A stretch of DNA of 64,000 bases, from NCBI GenBank assembly GCA_946617165.1, contig CAMOJP010000001.1:2004-66003 (forward strand). The letters run 5' to 3'. Position 1 is the stretch's first letter; every line of letters starts with the position of its first letter. Below, piece by piece: positions 18,563-27,871 of this stretch. The position numbers were made by a program, and so were the translations under genes. Below the pieces are notes generated by a model that was not told the origin of the DNA, searched no databases, and was given only the letters and a program-made list of their open reading frames with translations. Source of the DNA: an uncultured Bacteroidales bacterium. Lineage in GTDB: Bacteria; Bacteroidota; Bacteroidia; Bacteroidales; Paludibacteraceae.

Positions 18563-19689
18563 TGATTAACTATATCTAAAACGTTCCGTGTGATATACGA
18601 TAATTGTTCCTCGTCTAACTCGGTATGCATAGGCAAGGATAAGACGCAATTAGCCAGTCGCTCAGCCACAGGGAAATCTCCCGGCAAGTAGCGCGGGTCT
18701 TGATATGCTTTTTGCAGATGCAGAGGTATCGGGTAATATACCATTGCCGGAATATCGCGAGCCGCCAATTGTTCACGTACGGAGTCTCTGTCCACATCCA
18801 CCAGACGAAGAGTATATTGGTGATAAACATGTGTTGAATGCTCGTCGCGACCGGGAGTAATTATATGTTTATTGCCAGCAAAAGCCTTGTCGTAATATGC
18901 TGCAGCGCGCTGACGGGCTACTATATAGTCATTCAGATGCGGCAGTTTAGCATCCAGAACAGCAGCCTGTATGCTGTCCAAACGCGAGTTTACCCCTATA
19001 AAATCGTGGTGATAGCGTACAAAACATCCATGATTTGCGATTGCTTTCATTTTCTCGGCCAAAGCGTCATCATCAGTAAAGAGAGCGCCTCCATCTCCGT
19101 AGCAGCCGAGATTCTTAGAAGGAAAGAAACTTGTGCAGCCAATATGTCCGATAGTGGCAGCCTGTTTGGTTAATCCGTTAGAGAAAGTGTACTTAGCACC
19201 AATTGCCTGACAGGCGTCCTCAACGACATAGAGATGATGCTCTTTGGCAATCTCCATGATAGCTTCCATATCCGCACACTGCCCAAAGAGGTGCACAGGC
19301 ACAATGGCTTTGGTCTTAGGTGTGATGGCTTTACGGATACCTTCCACGGATATATTCATTGTGTCCCAATCGACATCCACCACAACCGGCGTCAAGCCTA
19401 ACAAAGCCACCACTTCGGCTGTAGCAATGAACGTGAAAGTAGGGGTAATTACCTCATCACCCGGTTTGAGATCCAACCCCATTAAGGCAATCTGCAGAGC
19501 ATCTGTACCATTGCCAACAGGGATGACGTGTTTCGAACCGGTATATTGCTCCAAGTGCGCCTGAAATTCGGTCACTTTCGGTCCTTTAATAAAGGCGGCA
19601 GAGGATATTACCTCTTCTATGCCTTTGTCAATATCTGCTTTTATGTGCTGATACTGCGTCTGCAGATCAACCATTTGTATTTTTTTCAT
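18559..19689 (-). CDS. DegT/DnrJ/EryC1/StrS-family sugar aminotransferase
   Basis: Motifs GNGTDAL and FFPSKNLGCYGDGG. ATGA overlaps at both ends couple it to its neighbours. Confidence 0.85.
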   Translation of the reverse strand: MKKIQMVDLQTQYQHIKADIDKGIEEVISSAAFIKGPKVTEFQAHLEQYTGSKHVIPVGNGTDALQIALMGLDLKPGDEVITPTFTFIATAEVVALLGLTPVVVDVDWDTMNISVEGIRKAITPKTKAIVPVHLFGQCADMEAIMEIAKEHHLYVVEDACQAIGAKYTFSNGLTKQAATIGHIGCTSFFPSKNLGCYGDGGALFTDDDALAEKMKAIANHGCFVRYHHDFIGVNSRLDSIQAAVLDAKLPHLNDYIVARQRAAAYYDKAFAGNKHIITPGRDEHSTHVYHQYTLRLVDVDRDSVREQLAARDIPAMVYYPIPLHLQKAYQDPRYLPGDFPVAERLANCVLSLPMHTELDEEQLSYITRNVLDIVNQ

Positions 19690-20669
19690 TCTTCAGAAGA
19701 ATTTGTTGTTTGTTCAATGAGGAACTCTACCGCGGCAGGTGTACAGCGAGTAAATGTGACGTACGGATTGTGACAAGTCACATGTAACGGCAGTTTATCC
19801 GTAGCGGTCTGCGGATAGTCACAAGAGACTACGATATCTTTATCATCAATATCGTTGAAGCGGGATACGCCTATTCTCAACATCACATGCACCTCAGCGG
19901 GAAAGAGCCGGAGATGCATATTAGCCGGAACTTTCTTTGCGATAACAGGTTTGGTTATCACTTTCTCCGTAAATTGTTCTGCCTCTATTCTTACCGTCAC
20001 CTCGCTTTGTGCAAGACGGATACCGGGAATTGCTGTTAGTGGAACTTGTACGATCGCAGAGTCTTTGACATCCGTAAGGATTAGCGGTTTGGTAGCAATG
20101 GAATCCACCGAGCGCAATTGTCTGGCACTGCCATAAACAGTCACTTTTTCGGAGAGCACACTCGGTTTTCCCACCAACTGATGCTGTGGCGCAGGAGTAA
20201 TCTCCGCCACCAATCGAACAGGCACCTCTTTACTGTGTTGTTTAGTGTAGGATCCTGTAATCTGTTCGGGTGTGATAGACTGTAATTTGGTTGTACCCTG
20301 CAGCAGGCTATTAACAGCGACGTGTATCACATCTGACGAGAGGTTAAAGGTACCGCTTTCACCTTTGAGTTGGTCTCCTATATTAAAAGAGAACGACAAT
20401 GGGTTAACGCCGTACATCTTCAGTCGTCTTCCTGCGTCGCGCAACTCGAGGTAGATCGTAGTCGGGAGACTGTCAGAAAGCATCACGTCGTCCGGCACGC
20501 CGCCGTACGTAACAGACACAGGAACGACGGCACTACGAACCGAACTCATAGCATGGGCATACCACAGCAATCCCGCAAAAACGACGAAGCAGAAGAACAC
20601 ACAGAGCTCGCGCAAGCTAAAACGCTGCAGGATATTTTTGATTGTATGTATTACCTGTTCGCGAGTCAT
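19686..20669 (-). CDS. YbbR-like domain protein
   Basis: N-terminal TM anchor followed by repeated beta-rich modules of about 80 aa. Its position after yajC is as in other Bacteroidota. Confidence 0.6.
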   Translation of the reverse strand: MTREQVIHTIKNILQRFSLRELCVFFCFVVFAGLLWYAHAMSSVRSAVVPVSVTYGGVPDDVMLSDSLPTTIYLELRDAGRRLKMYGVNPLSFSFNIGDQLKGESGTFNLSSDVIHVAVNSLLQGTTKLQSITPEQITGSYTKQHSKEVPVRLVAEITPAPQHQLVGKPSVLSEKVTVYGSARQLRSVDSIATKPLILTDVKDSAIVQVPLTAIPGIRLAQSEVTVRIEAEQFTEKVITKPVIAKKVPANMHLRLFPAEVHVMLRIGVSRFNDIDDKDIVVSCDYPQTATDKLPLHVTCHNPYVTFTRCTPAAVEFLIEQTTNSSEE

Positions 20670-20672
20670 TGA

Positions 20673-21053
20673 TTATTTTTTCTCATCAACAGCCTCTTTG
20701 GGAGCTTGTTGAGCATCTTCAGCAGATACATAAACGCTGTTTTTATCCACTTTGATGGTCACATCTTTAGCAATAGTGATAATAAGCGCATTATCCTGCA
20801 CTTCCTTAATCTCACCATAGATACCACCTGCTGTAATCACCTTGTCGCCTTTCTTCATGGCGTCACGCTGCTTCTGCAACTCCTTCTGTTTCTTCGTCTG
20901 AGGACGAATCATAAAGAAATAGAATACTACAAAGATCAGGAGCATCATGATCCAGAAAGACCAACTGTTACCTTGTCCACTTCCATTTACATCAGAGCCC
21001 GCAGCTGCTGCAGCGCCCATTGTAACTTCTTGCAATAAAATAAAATTCAACAT
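20673..21053 (-). CDS. yajC: Preprotein translocase subunit YajC
   Basis: Motifs FFMIRPQTKKQKE and KGDKVITAGGIYG.I. Confidence 0.85.
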   Translation of the reverse strand: MLNFILLQEVTMGAAAAAGSDVNGSGQGNSWSFWIMMLLIFVVFYFFMIRPQTKKQKELQKQRDAMKKGDKVITAGGIYGEIKEVQDNALIITIAKDVTIKVDKNSVYVSAEDAQQAPKEAVDEKK

Positions 21054-21056
21054 AGT

Positions 21057-21178
21057 TGCTAGTTATTAGTTAGATATTTGTTAGTTATTTGTTAGTTATT
21101 TGTTAGTTATTTGTTAGTTATTTGTTAGTTATTTGTTAGTTATTAGTTAGATATTTGTTAGTTATTAGTTAGTTATTA
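21057..21178. repeat. Tandem repeat, 6 x 11 bp (GTTAGTTATTT, 21080-21145) flanked by 29-bp direct repeats
   Basis: Units start at 21080, 21091, 21102, 21113, 21124 and 21135. AGTTATTAGTTAGATATTTGTTAGTTATT occurs at 21061-21089 and 21138-21166. Confidence 0.9.
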
Positions 21179-21187
21179 TCCTGTTTG

Positions 21188-22141
21188 TTACCTGATTGTC
21201 ATGGCCTTCAGCAATTTGTTTTGTCGCTTCAAATCATGCAAAATCTCATTCAAAATACCATTGATGAAGATATAACTCTTGTCACCGGAGTAGTCTTTCG
21301 CCAACTCAATATACTCATTGAGACTCACTTCGAGTGCTATCTCCGGAAAATACATAATTTCCGTCAAAGCCGTTTGCAAAATGACAACATCCATAAAAGC
21401 AAGTCGGTCCGCCGTCCAGTTCTTCAAATGACCATGTATCAACTCCTGACACTCTTCGCGATGCTCAATAGAACGCGAAAGCAAATCCTGCGCAAACTGC
21501 AGTTCGTCCTCATGATCAAACATCTGCAGCAATTCCTGGTCTGCTCCGTTCTCTTCGCGGAAGCGTTTGACAGTTTTCACCACAAAACTGAGCACATAAT
21601 CCAAGTCTGTAATCCAGTTCTGCTCGTCCAGGGCAATTTCCAACTCTTCCAATCCGGCAATCAACTCGGCATTGTCAGGAAGCAGTTCTGTAAATATCTT
21701 ACGCCAAACCATCTTATCGTCCTCATAAGAGCACTCGTCGGCTTTCATATAATCCTGATAGAAAGGCATCTCCACAAGCTGGTTATAGACCGCTGAGACA
21801 GCGGATTGTCCCGCCTCCCAAGAAAGGTGCTGTTCATCAATATAGTGTCTGAGCATCCGATTATCGAACAGTTGTTTAGCGAAGCGGTTATCCGCAAAAC
21901 GCCGATTAGGAGTAAAGTTCTTATGTGTGAATCTCGCACGCTGAGCCATTTCTGTTATTTGATCCTGTGCGTAGGTCGTCAATTCGTTTACAAAATCAAG
22001 GAGCCCCATATACAAACTATATGTATCCGCAAAGCCTCGCAGCAGTTCTTTACGGGCAGTAGATGGTGTTTTATCCCCACACTGATAATAGGCAAATAGC
22101 GTCTGAATCGTACGCGTTCTAACTAAACTTCTCGTTATCAT
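21188..22141 (-). CDS. nusB: Transcription antitermination factor NusB (long Bacteroidota form)
   Basis: C-terminal NusB fold motifs (ALTEI.YF.EI....LNEYIELAK.Y...KS..FINGILN). Confidence 0.85.
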   Translation of the reverse strand: MITRSLVRTRTIQTLFAYYQCGDKTPSTARKELLRGFADTYSLYMGLLDFVNELTTYAQDQITEMAQRARFTHKNFTPNRRFADNRFAKQLFDNRMLRHYIDEQHLSWEAGQSAVSAVYNQLVEMPFYQDYMKADECSYEDDKMVWRKIFTELLPDNAELIAGLEELEIALDEQNWITDLDYVLSFVVKTVKRFREENGADQELLQMFDHEDELQFAQDLLSRSIEHREECQELIHGHLKNWTADRLAFMDVVILQTALTEIMYFPEIALEVSLNEYIELAKDYSGDKSYIFINGILNEILHDLKRQNKLLKAMTIR

Positions 22142-22168
22142 TCGTAGTATTTTTTATTAAAAAGCGCG

Positions 22169-22200
22169 CAAAATTACTTTTTTTTTTTGATATATACAAA
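22169..22200 (-). promoter_or_regulatory. nusB promoter (-33 TTTG / -7 TAATTTTG, 20-nt spacer)
   Basis: Minus strand reads TTTGTATATATCAAAAAAAAAAAGTAATTTTG. Its -33 region overlaps that of the divergent promoter. Confidence 0.55.
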
Positions 22201-22216
22201 AAAAGTAGTACTTTTG
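22186..22216 (+). promoter_or_regulatory. Promoter of DUF3276-like gene (-33 TTTG / -7 TACTTTTG, 19-nt spacer)
   Basis: TTTGATATATACAAAAAAAGTAGTACTTTTG, 33 nt upstream of ATG 22249. Confidence 0.55.
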
Positions 22217-22248
22217 TGCCGATTTTTGTAACAAAAAACGTAATTATT

Positions 22249-22641
22249 ATGCAAGAGAGAAGATTTGAAGACCGCAAGGAGCCTGAAATTGTATACTCCC
22301 ACTCGGTCAAAGCAGGGAAGCGTATCTATTACTTAGACGTAAAGAAAGCGCGCAACGAAGATTTATATCTGTGTATCACAGAGAGTAAGCGGAAAGCGGG
22401 AGGAGAAGACGAAGCGCCGCAATTTGAGAAGCATAAAGTTTTCCTTTACAAAGAGGATTTCGCTCATTTCATGGAAGGTCTGCAAGATGTCATCGGTTAC
22501 ATCAAAGGCCAGGTTGGTAATATTGAGGAACGCGTTCCATATCAGCCTGAGCAAGCAGAAGAGGAAACTGCAGAAGTAGAAAAAGAAGCGGAAGAGGAGA
22601 AGCCACGCAGAGGTTTATTCCGTCGCTTTACAAAAGGTTAA
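22249..22641 (+). CDS. DUF3276 (PUR-alpha-like nucleic-acid-binding) protein
   Basis: The pattern SHSVKAGKRIYYLDVKKARNEDLYLCITESKR matches the DUF3276 family. Start moved downstream of the -7 box. Confidence 0.72.
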   Translation: MQERRFEDRKEPEIVYSHSVKAGKRIYYLDVKKARNEDLYLCITESKRKAGGEDEAPQFEKHKVFLYKEDFAHFMEGLQDVIGYIKGQVGNIEERVPYQPEQAEEETAEVEKEAEEEKPRRGLFRRFTKG

Positions 22642-23848
22642 TCGAATCAACGATACAGTCAGCGATGTCTTCCTTCGATTGAAGGGGGACATCTTTTTTT
22701 GTGCCGTTATTAAAGAACAGAGTCACTTTATTTGTATTACAGCCGAAACCGGCTCCTTGGTCCTGCAGAGAGTTGAGAACAATCATGTCCAGTTGTTTGC
22801 TTTCCATCTTATGCAGAGCGTGCGATTGTTCATTGCAAGTCTCTAAGGCAAAGCCGATTAGTTTTTGTCCAGTACGTTTCGTTTTGCCTAATGTCGCTGC
22901 AATGTCCGTTGTTGTTTTGAGCGCCAGAGTCATCTGTGTTTGACCGGGTTGTTTTTTTATTTTCTCTTGCGCTGTTTCGGTTGGTGCAAAATCAGCCACG
23001 GCGGCACAGAGAATAGCGATATCAGCATGTTCAAACTGTTCGAGGGTCTGTTCTGCCATCTGCGCAGCAGAAGTAACCGGAATGATATCCAGTTGTTCTT
23101 TGCAGCCGTAGAACAGCGGCACGGACGGTAGTGCGGAGACGGGACCTGCAATGAGCGTGATGTTCGCCCCGCGTCTCCAGCAACTCAATGCCAAGGCGTT
23201 ACCTTGTTTGCCTGTAGAGTGATTTGAGAGATAGCGGACGGGGTCTATTGCTTCCTGTGTAGGACCGGAAGTGATGAGTACATTTTTGTTCTCCAAGTCC
23301 TTATTGGTCAGCGCATAGCGTATAGATTCCGCCAAGACATTCACCTCCTGCATTCGTCCTTTTCCTGTTGTTCCGCAAGCCAATTCACCTGCCACACAAT
23401 CAAGCATCGTAACATTGGTTTGTCCAGACAACTTTCTCATTGCTTCCTGCGTTGCAGGATTGAGATACATTTTATCGTTCATTGCCGGTGCAATAACGAC
23501 GGGTTTACACATAGCGCAGAACGTTGTAGTGAGGGCATCATCAGCGATGCCATGCGCCATTTTACCTATCAGGTCAGCCGTAGCCGGAGCGACAATCATG
23601 ACATCCGCCCAGTCGGGCAAGGAGATATGTTCCGTAGAATGTTCGTTGATTGCGGCAAACACATCTGAATAGACTTTATTACCACTGAGAGTCTGCAAGG
23701 TAAGTTCAGTGACGAACTCCAAGGCGTTCTTGGTGGTCGTCACTTTCACTTCAGCCCCCTCTTTACGCAGGATACGTATCAGTTCGGGTATTTTATAAGC
23801 CGCTATACCGCCGCTTATGCCTACTACTATGTGTTTGCCTTTCAGCAT
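22628..23848 (-). CDS. coaBC: Bifunctional phosphopantothenoylcysteine decarboxylase / phosphopantothenate-cysteine ligase
   Basis: Flavoprotein N-domain (GISGGIAAYK, PAMN) and DFP C-domain (ITSGPT.E.IDPVR.LSN.S.GK). Confidence 0.9.
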   Translation of the reverse strand: MLKGKHIVVGISGGIAAYKIPELIRILRKEGAEVKVTTTKNALEFVTELTLQTLSGNKVYSDVFAAINEHSTEHISLPDWADVMIVAPATADLIGKMAHGIADDALTTTFCAMCKPVVIAPAMNDKMYLNPATQEAMRKLSGQTNVTMLDCVAGELACGTTGKGRMQEVNVLAESIRYALTNKDLENKNVLITSGPTQEAIDPVRYLSNHSTGKQGNALALSCWRRGANITLIAGPVSALPSVPLFYGCKEQLDIIPVTSAAQMAEQTLEQFEHADIAILCAAVADFAPTETAQEKIKKQPGQTQMTLALKTTTDIAATLGKTKRTGQKLIGFALETCNEQSHALHKMESKQLDMIVLNSLQDQGAGFGCNTNKVTLFFNNGTKKDVPLQSKEDIADCIVDSINLL

Positions 23849-23849
23849 T

Positions 23850-24182
23850 TTACTTCAACTGGTCGTCCTTTGAACCGACATTGAATACCAATTGGTCGTC
23901 AATGAGTTCCTGGGTAGCGATCAGTGTAGGTTTAGGCATCACCTCGTAACTGCGAGAGATTTCTATTTGTTCGCGGTTCTCGAAAGTGTCATCGAGAGCT
24001 TCCTGCGGCATAGCGAAATCCTGCAGTTTAGTGTCGAGTTCTTTCTTCAAGGAGCTTGCAATCTGGTTGGAACGTTTTCCGAGGATTGCGACAGTTTCAT
24101 ACACATTACCGACTTTCTCCGTCAATTGGTTCAAGTCACGTGTAATGGTTGTTTTAGGAGCTTTAGTTTGTTTATAGTTCAT
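23850..24182 (-). CDS. rpoZ: DNA-directed RNA polymerase subunit omega
   Basis: 110 aa with N.YE.V.I..KR..QI in the N-terminal third. Its position between bamD and coaBC matches other Bacteroidota. Confidence 0.65.
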   Translation of the reverse strand: MNYKQTKAPKTTITRDLNQLTEKVGNVYETVAILGKRSNQIASSLKKELDTKLQDFAMPQEALDDTFENREQIEISRSYEVMPKPTLIATQELIDDQLVFNVGSKDDQLK

Positions 24183-24197
24183 TGTTGTACAATTAAT

Positions 24198-25007
24198 TTA
24201 TTCTTGTTTTAGTATTTTCTCAATTTCCTTATTCATTTTATCCGCCTGCGCTCGATGTTTTGATTCGGGATACTCAGTAAGGAAGCTATAGTACTCGTCT
24301 TGTGTATCGCGTGCCCGTTCCATTTTCTTTTCCTCGAATGAGTTAACCATCTGTTGGTATTTAGCGCTGAGTACGAGCCAGTTCAGTTCTTCCTGGTGGC
24401 TGTTACTTGGATAATCGCGCAGAGCATTTTTTGCAACGATCTCACAGCTCTCGTAGTTATTGCCGAGATAAGTACCCAAGTTGTAGTATAGTTTAGCGTT
24501 CAAGTACTCTTTGTATGCGAGTTTATCGTACATCTCACTCATTTCCTGATAGGCCTGTTCAGAATAGGGGCTGTTAGGATAGAGTTCGACGAAGGATGTA
24601 TATGCAGCGATAGCCTGTCTGGTTATATCCTGGTCCAAGCGTGCATCGGGCGAGTCCAAGTAATAGCAATGTCCTACCTGAAAACGCGCCTCTGTAATAT
24701 ACTTTCCTTTAGGATAATTGCGTATATATGCAGCATAGTAATCCGCCGCTTCGGTGTAGGCTTTACGTCCGAGGTGTGTGCGTGCCAAATAGCAGAGCAC
24801 ATCCTCGCTCCGTTCAGTTCCTTTGTAGTATGATGCTACATCTTCAAAAAGAGCCTGTGCTTTGACATACTCTTGTGCATTAAAGTAAGCCAAGGCTTTC
24901 TGGAACTTATAATCGGGGTCTTTGGATTTGAGCACTTGCTGGTACTCCCCGCATCCGGCAAGGAGTACCAACAGCACGCCTAATATTATCTGTTTATCAA
25001 ATTTCAA
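24198..25007 (-). CDS. bamD: Outer membrane protein assembly factor BamD (TPR lipoprotein)
   Basis: Lipobox LLAGC and TPR-like repeats rich in Y/A/K/E. Confidence 0.8.
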   Translation of the reverse strand: MKFDKQIILGVLLVLLAGCGEYQQVLKSKDPDYKFQKALAYFNAQEYVKAQALFEDVASYYKGTERSEDVLCYLARTHLGRKAYTEAADYYAAYIRNYPKGKYITEARFQVGHCYYLDSPDARLDQDITRQAIAAYTSFVELYPNSPYSEQAYQEMSEMYDKLAYKEYLNAKLYYNLGTYLGNNYESCEIVAKNALRDYPSNSHQEELNWLVLSAKYQQMVNSFEEKKMERARDTQDEYYSFLTEYPESKHRAQADKMNKEIEKILKQE

Positions 25008-25014
25008 TTTTCAG

Positions 25015-26037
25015 TTATTCATTGACATCCTCCAACCATCGTGAAGAGACGACGATACGTGTACCGTCTCCTTCCGCCAAGATAAGGTGGCAGGAAGCAT
25101 CTTCCGTTTTTTCTATCATCTCGAGAGCAGCCTCTTCTCCCAGAACCATACAAGCAGTAGCCAAGGCGTCAGCGCGGATACCTGATTCAGCGATAACGGT
25201 AGCGCTGAGCAGGTTATGGTTGACGGGGTATCCTGTACGGGGGTCAACAGTATGGCTGCGTCGTTCTCCGCCGTCATCATAGTAGAAGCGTCTGTAGTTA
25301 CCGGACGAAGCGATACACATATCATTCACTTCGATAATTTCTTCCAGTTCCTGTACATCTCCAGTGGGGTCATCAATCGGTTTAGTAATACCGAGGCGCC
25401 ATTTATTTTTCTTTTCGGCATGTCCTTTGCATACTATTTCACCTCCGATATCCACCAAGTAATTTTCGCACCCTTGAGATGCCAAGTAATTAGCAATAAT
25501 ATCGCAGCCGTATCCTTTAGCGATAGCGCTGGCATCCAATTGGATTCTGGTATCCATTTTAGCAATGCGGTGATGCACGGTGTCGAGTTCCACATACTGG
25601 AATCCGACGAACTGCAAGATACTGTCAATCTCTTGCTGAGAGGGAGTGTGTCCTTTCTTTTTAGTACCGAATCCCCACTCATTTACGAGCGGTCCGCATG
25701 TGATGTCAAATGCGCCATGGCTCATTTTGGTGACTTCAACGGCAGTGGTAAACATTTTCTCGAAGAGGGAGTCTGTCTCCACTTCGTCATTGCGGTTAAC
25801 ACGGCTGATGATAGACGCCTTATTGTAGATACTCAAGGAGGAGTCCATCCGTGCCAACTCAGCTTTAATTTCCTTCTCCATATCACGAGTTCCCTCGTAA
25901 CGGATGTTATAGTACGTACCGAACACCAAACCTTCATTCAGATAGTACTGTTTTTTCCGGCACCCAGGCATAAAGATCAGCAGCGCAGCTGCAGCCAGTG
26001 CCATACCTAATGCAATTAGTGTACGTGTTATTTTCAT
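25015..26037 (-). CDS. apbE: FAD:protein FMN transferase (ApbE family)
   Basis: Motifs FDIT.G.LV..WGFG, AIAKGY and SSGNYRRF. Start trimmed to MKITRTLIALG, which removes the overlap with the upstream gene. Confidence 0.85.
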   Translation of the reverse strand: MKITRTLIALGMALAAAALLIFMPGCRKKQYYLNEGLVFGTYYNIRYEGTRDMEKEIKAELARMDSSLSIYNKASIISRVNRNDEVETDSLFEKMFTTAVEVTKMSHGAFDITCGPLVNEWGFGTKKKGHTPSQQEIDSILQFVGFQYVELDTVHHRIAKMDTRIQLDASAIAKGYGCDIIANYLASQGCENYLVDIGGEIVCKGHAEKKNKWRLGITKPIDDPTGDVQELEEIIEVNDMCIASSGNYRRFYYDDGGERRSHTVDPRTGYPVNHNLLSATVIAESGIRADALATACMVLGEEAALEMIEKTEDASCHLILAEGDGTRIVVSSRWLEDVNE

Positions 26038-26083
26038 AAGCTTCAATTTTAGATGGTTATTATTATAAATAAGGTTAACATAT

Positions 26084-26941
26084 TCAGAACCATATTCCCA
26101 GTCCGATGCATCCATTCAGTTTTTGGAGATAGAGTTTATCGTCTCCGGCAGCGTTGATATACACATTTTCCTTATTGATGCCATTAGGATTGAGGCATCC
26201 TTGTGCAAAGAGGTTGAGTGATAGTGCGTCAAACTCCCACTCTTTGTCCAATTTAAGAGACAAGTTGGTTACGGCGAATTTTCCGTTGCCATAGAGGTCA
26301 CTTGCCCATGGGCTTATACCTACCTGTGCTCCGAGCGTGAGTCCCAGATTGTCCCAAGTATAGTTATATCCGAGTTCTATATAAGTACTCCACGCGCGTT
26401 TAGCATTATCATTCTCATCCCAAACGAAGTCGTTACCGGCCACGTTGGTGTACCAATTGATATATGCGTCGACTCCGAAGAAGTGTTCGAAGCTATATCC
26501 TGCCCAGACTTCAGTAGTGGACGTAGTATTCACGTTACCATCCTCATCGAACAGGTCTTTGTCTCGCTGCCATGAGAGGAAATTGGAGCCGTCGCAGTAG
26601 TAGTAATGGTTCACACCCACACTTGCTCCGAAGAAGGAATAATTGAGCATGACATCCACTTCGGGCATAAACATGGTATAGCCGACGCCTTCTCCATTAT
26701 CTTTTTTGAATTTCCAGTCTGATGCGCCAAGGTTCGCCCATACTCCGACACGTAGTGAGGTTTTATCTCCGTCGTACCCAATTTCGAGGTCGGGTTGGAA
26801 CGACAAACCGCCGTTATACTGTCCACGCCAGAGGTAAGCACTTACGATTTCAGCACCGGCGTCATAGGCAAATTCCACATCGGCTTTAGCCAAGGTAGCA
26901 CACCCAACGAGCAGCAGAGCTGCCAACAACATCTTTTTCAT
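26084..26941 (-). CDS. Outer-membrane beta-barrel, TorF/Gcw_chp-like putative porin
   Basis: Signal peptide, the motif SAYLWRGQ..GG.SFQP, alternating aromatic beta-strand pattern, and a terminal GLGIWF. Confidence 0.55.
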   Translation of the reverse strand: MKKMLLAALLLVGCATLAKADVEFAYDAGAEIVSAYLWRGQYNGGLSFQPDLEIGYDGDKTSLRVGVWANLGASDWKFKKDNGEGVGYTMFMPEVDVMLNYSFFGASVGVNHYYYCDGSNFLSWQRDKDLFDEDGNVNTTSTTEVWAGYSFEHFFGVDAYINWYTNVAGNDFVWDENDNAKRAWSTYIELGYNYTWDNLGLTLGAQVGISPWASDLYGNGKFAVTNLSLKLDKEWEFDALSLNLFAQGCLNPNGINKENVYINAAGDDKLYLQKLNGCIGLGIWF

Positions 26942-26965
26942 ACAGATTTACCAATAAATGTATTA

Positions 26966-27214
26966 TCAAAGTCCGTTTTTAGCTTCCCACGCCATCCGCA
27001 GAGCGACTTCGAGGATACGTGTATCGCCAATGACTACGATACCTCCATCGGGTCCGGGTTCAATGTGATAACCGCTTTCCGGGGCGCCTTCTCCATTAAA
27101 AAATGCTCTAACTTCATCGGCAGCAATTCCCAATTCATTAGCGATTGCTGCCATACTGCCGTGTGGCAGGCTGTCCTTTACGTCACGCAGACGATTAAAT
27201 GTTGTTCTTGTCAT
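26966..27214 (-). CDS. Small (82 aa) putative helix-turn-helix DNA-binding protein
   Basis: An HTH-like segment (GSMAAIANELGIAADEVRAFF) and its own promoter. No family recognised. Confidence 0.45.
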   Translation of the reverse strand: MTRTTFNRLRDVKDSLPHGSMAAIANELGIAADEVRAFFNGEGAPESGYHIEPGPDGGIVVIGDTRILEVALRMAWEAKNGL

Positions 27215-27288
27215 ATCTTATTATAATTTAGTATCGTTTGTTTTGTCGTTTACCACACATTTCACCCCACTCTTTCCCTTTCGGGCGG

Positions 27289-27320
27289 CAAAATTACAAC
27301 ATTTTTTTTGATTATGCAAA
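27289..27320 (-). promoter_or_regulatory. Promoter of the small HTH gene (-33 TTTG / -7 TAATTTTG, 20-nt spacer)
   Basis: Minus strand reads TTTGCATAATCAAAAAAAATGTTGTAATTTTG. Confidence 0.55.
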
Positions 27321-27448
27321 TTTTTCGTCAAAAATCGCCAAATATTTTTCACATTCCTACATTCATTTGTGTGAGCGGGAGAGGAAGTTTTTTTTGCCAA
27401 ACGGAGTCTGCCGCATTTTTGTAGCTCGGTAGGCTCTCGAATCGTTTT

Positions 27449-27558
27449 CGTGTTTTTTTCGTCCTTTTTTCGAGTTTTTTTCGTGTTTTTTTCGAGTTGT
27501 TTTCGTCCTTTTTTCGTCTTTTTTTCGAGTTTTTTTCGTCTTTTTTTCGAGTTTGGCG
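27449..27558. repeat. Tandem repeat, 10 x 11 bp phased T-tract array (CGWSTTTTTTT)
   Basis: CG dinucleotides fall at 27449, 27460, 27471, 27482, 27493, 27504, 27515, 27526, 27537 and 27548, exactly 11 bp apart. Confidence 0.92.
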
Positions 27559-27582
27559 GGAAGGGAAGGGAGAAAGATGCAG

Positions 27583-27674
27583 GGTGAAAGGAATTTACAA
27601 TTTAACAATTAATGAATGTAAGGGGATAGGTGAAAGGGATTTACAATTTAACAATTAATGAATGTAAGGGGATA
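27583..27674. repeat. Tandem repeat, 2 x 46 bp
   Basis: GGTGAAAGGRATTTACAATTTAACAATTAATGAATGTAAGGGGATA at 27583-27628 and 27629-27674, with one mismatch. Confidence 0.92.
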
Positions 27675-27871
27675 GAGCGCAATTTTAATATGCCTTGCAT
27701 TGGTTTGCGCCATATTGTAGTAGTTAATCAAAAAGGGAAAAACAACTGCGCCGCGTAGTGCGGCAATCGGAATAGAGAGGATATGGCCGGAAGGGACAAT
27801 ATTTATTAACCTAAACCACAAACAAAACTCGCGGGATAGCATCCCGGATAACGAATATTAACAGATGCCCG

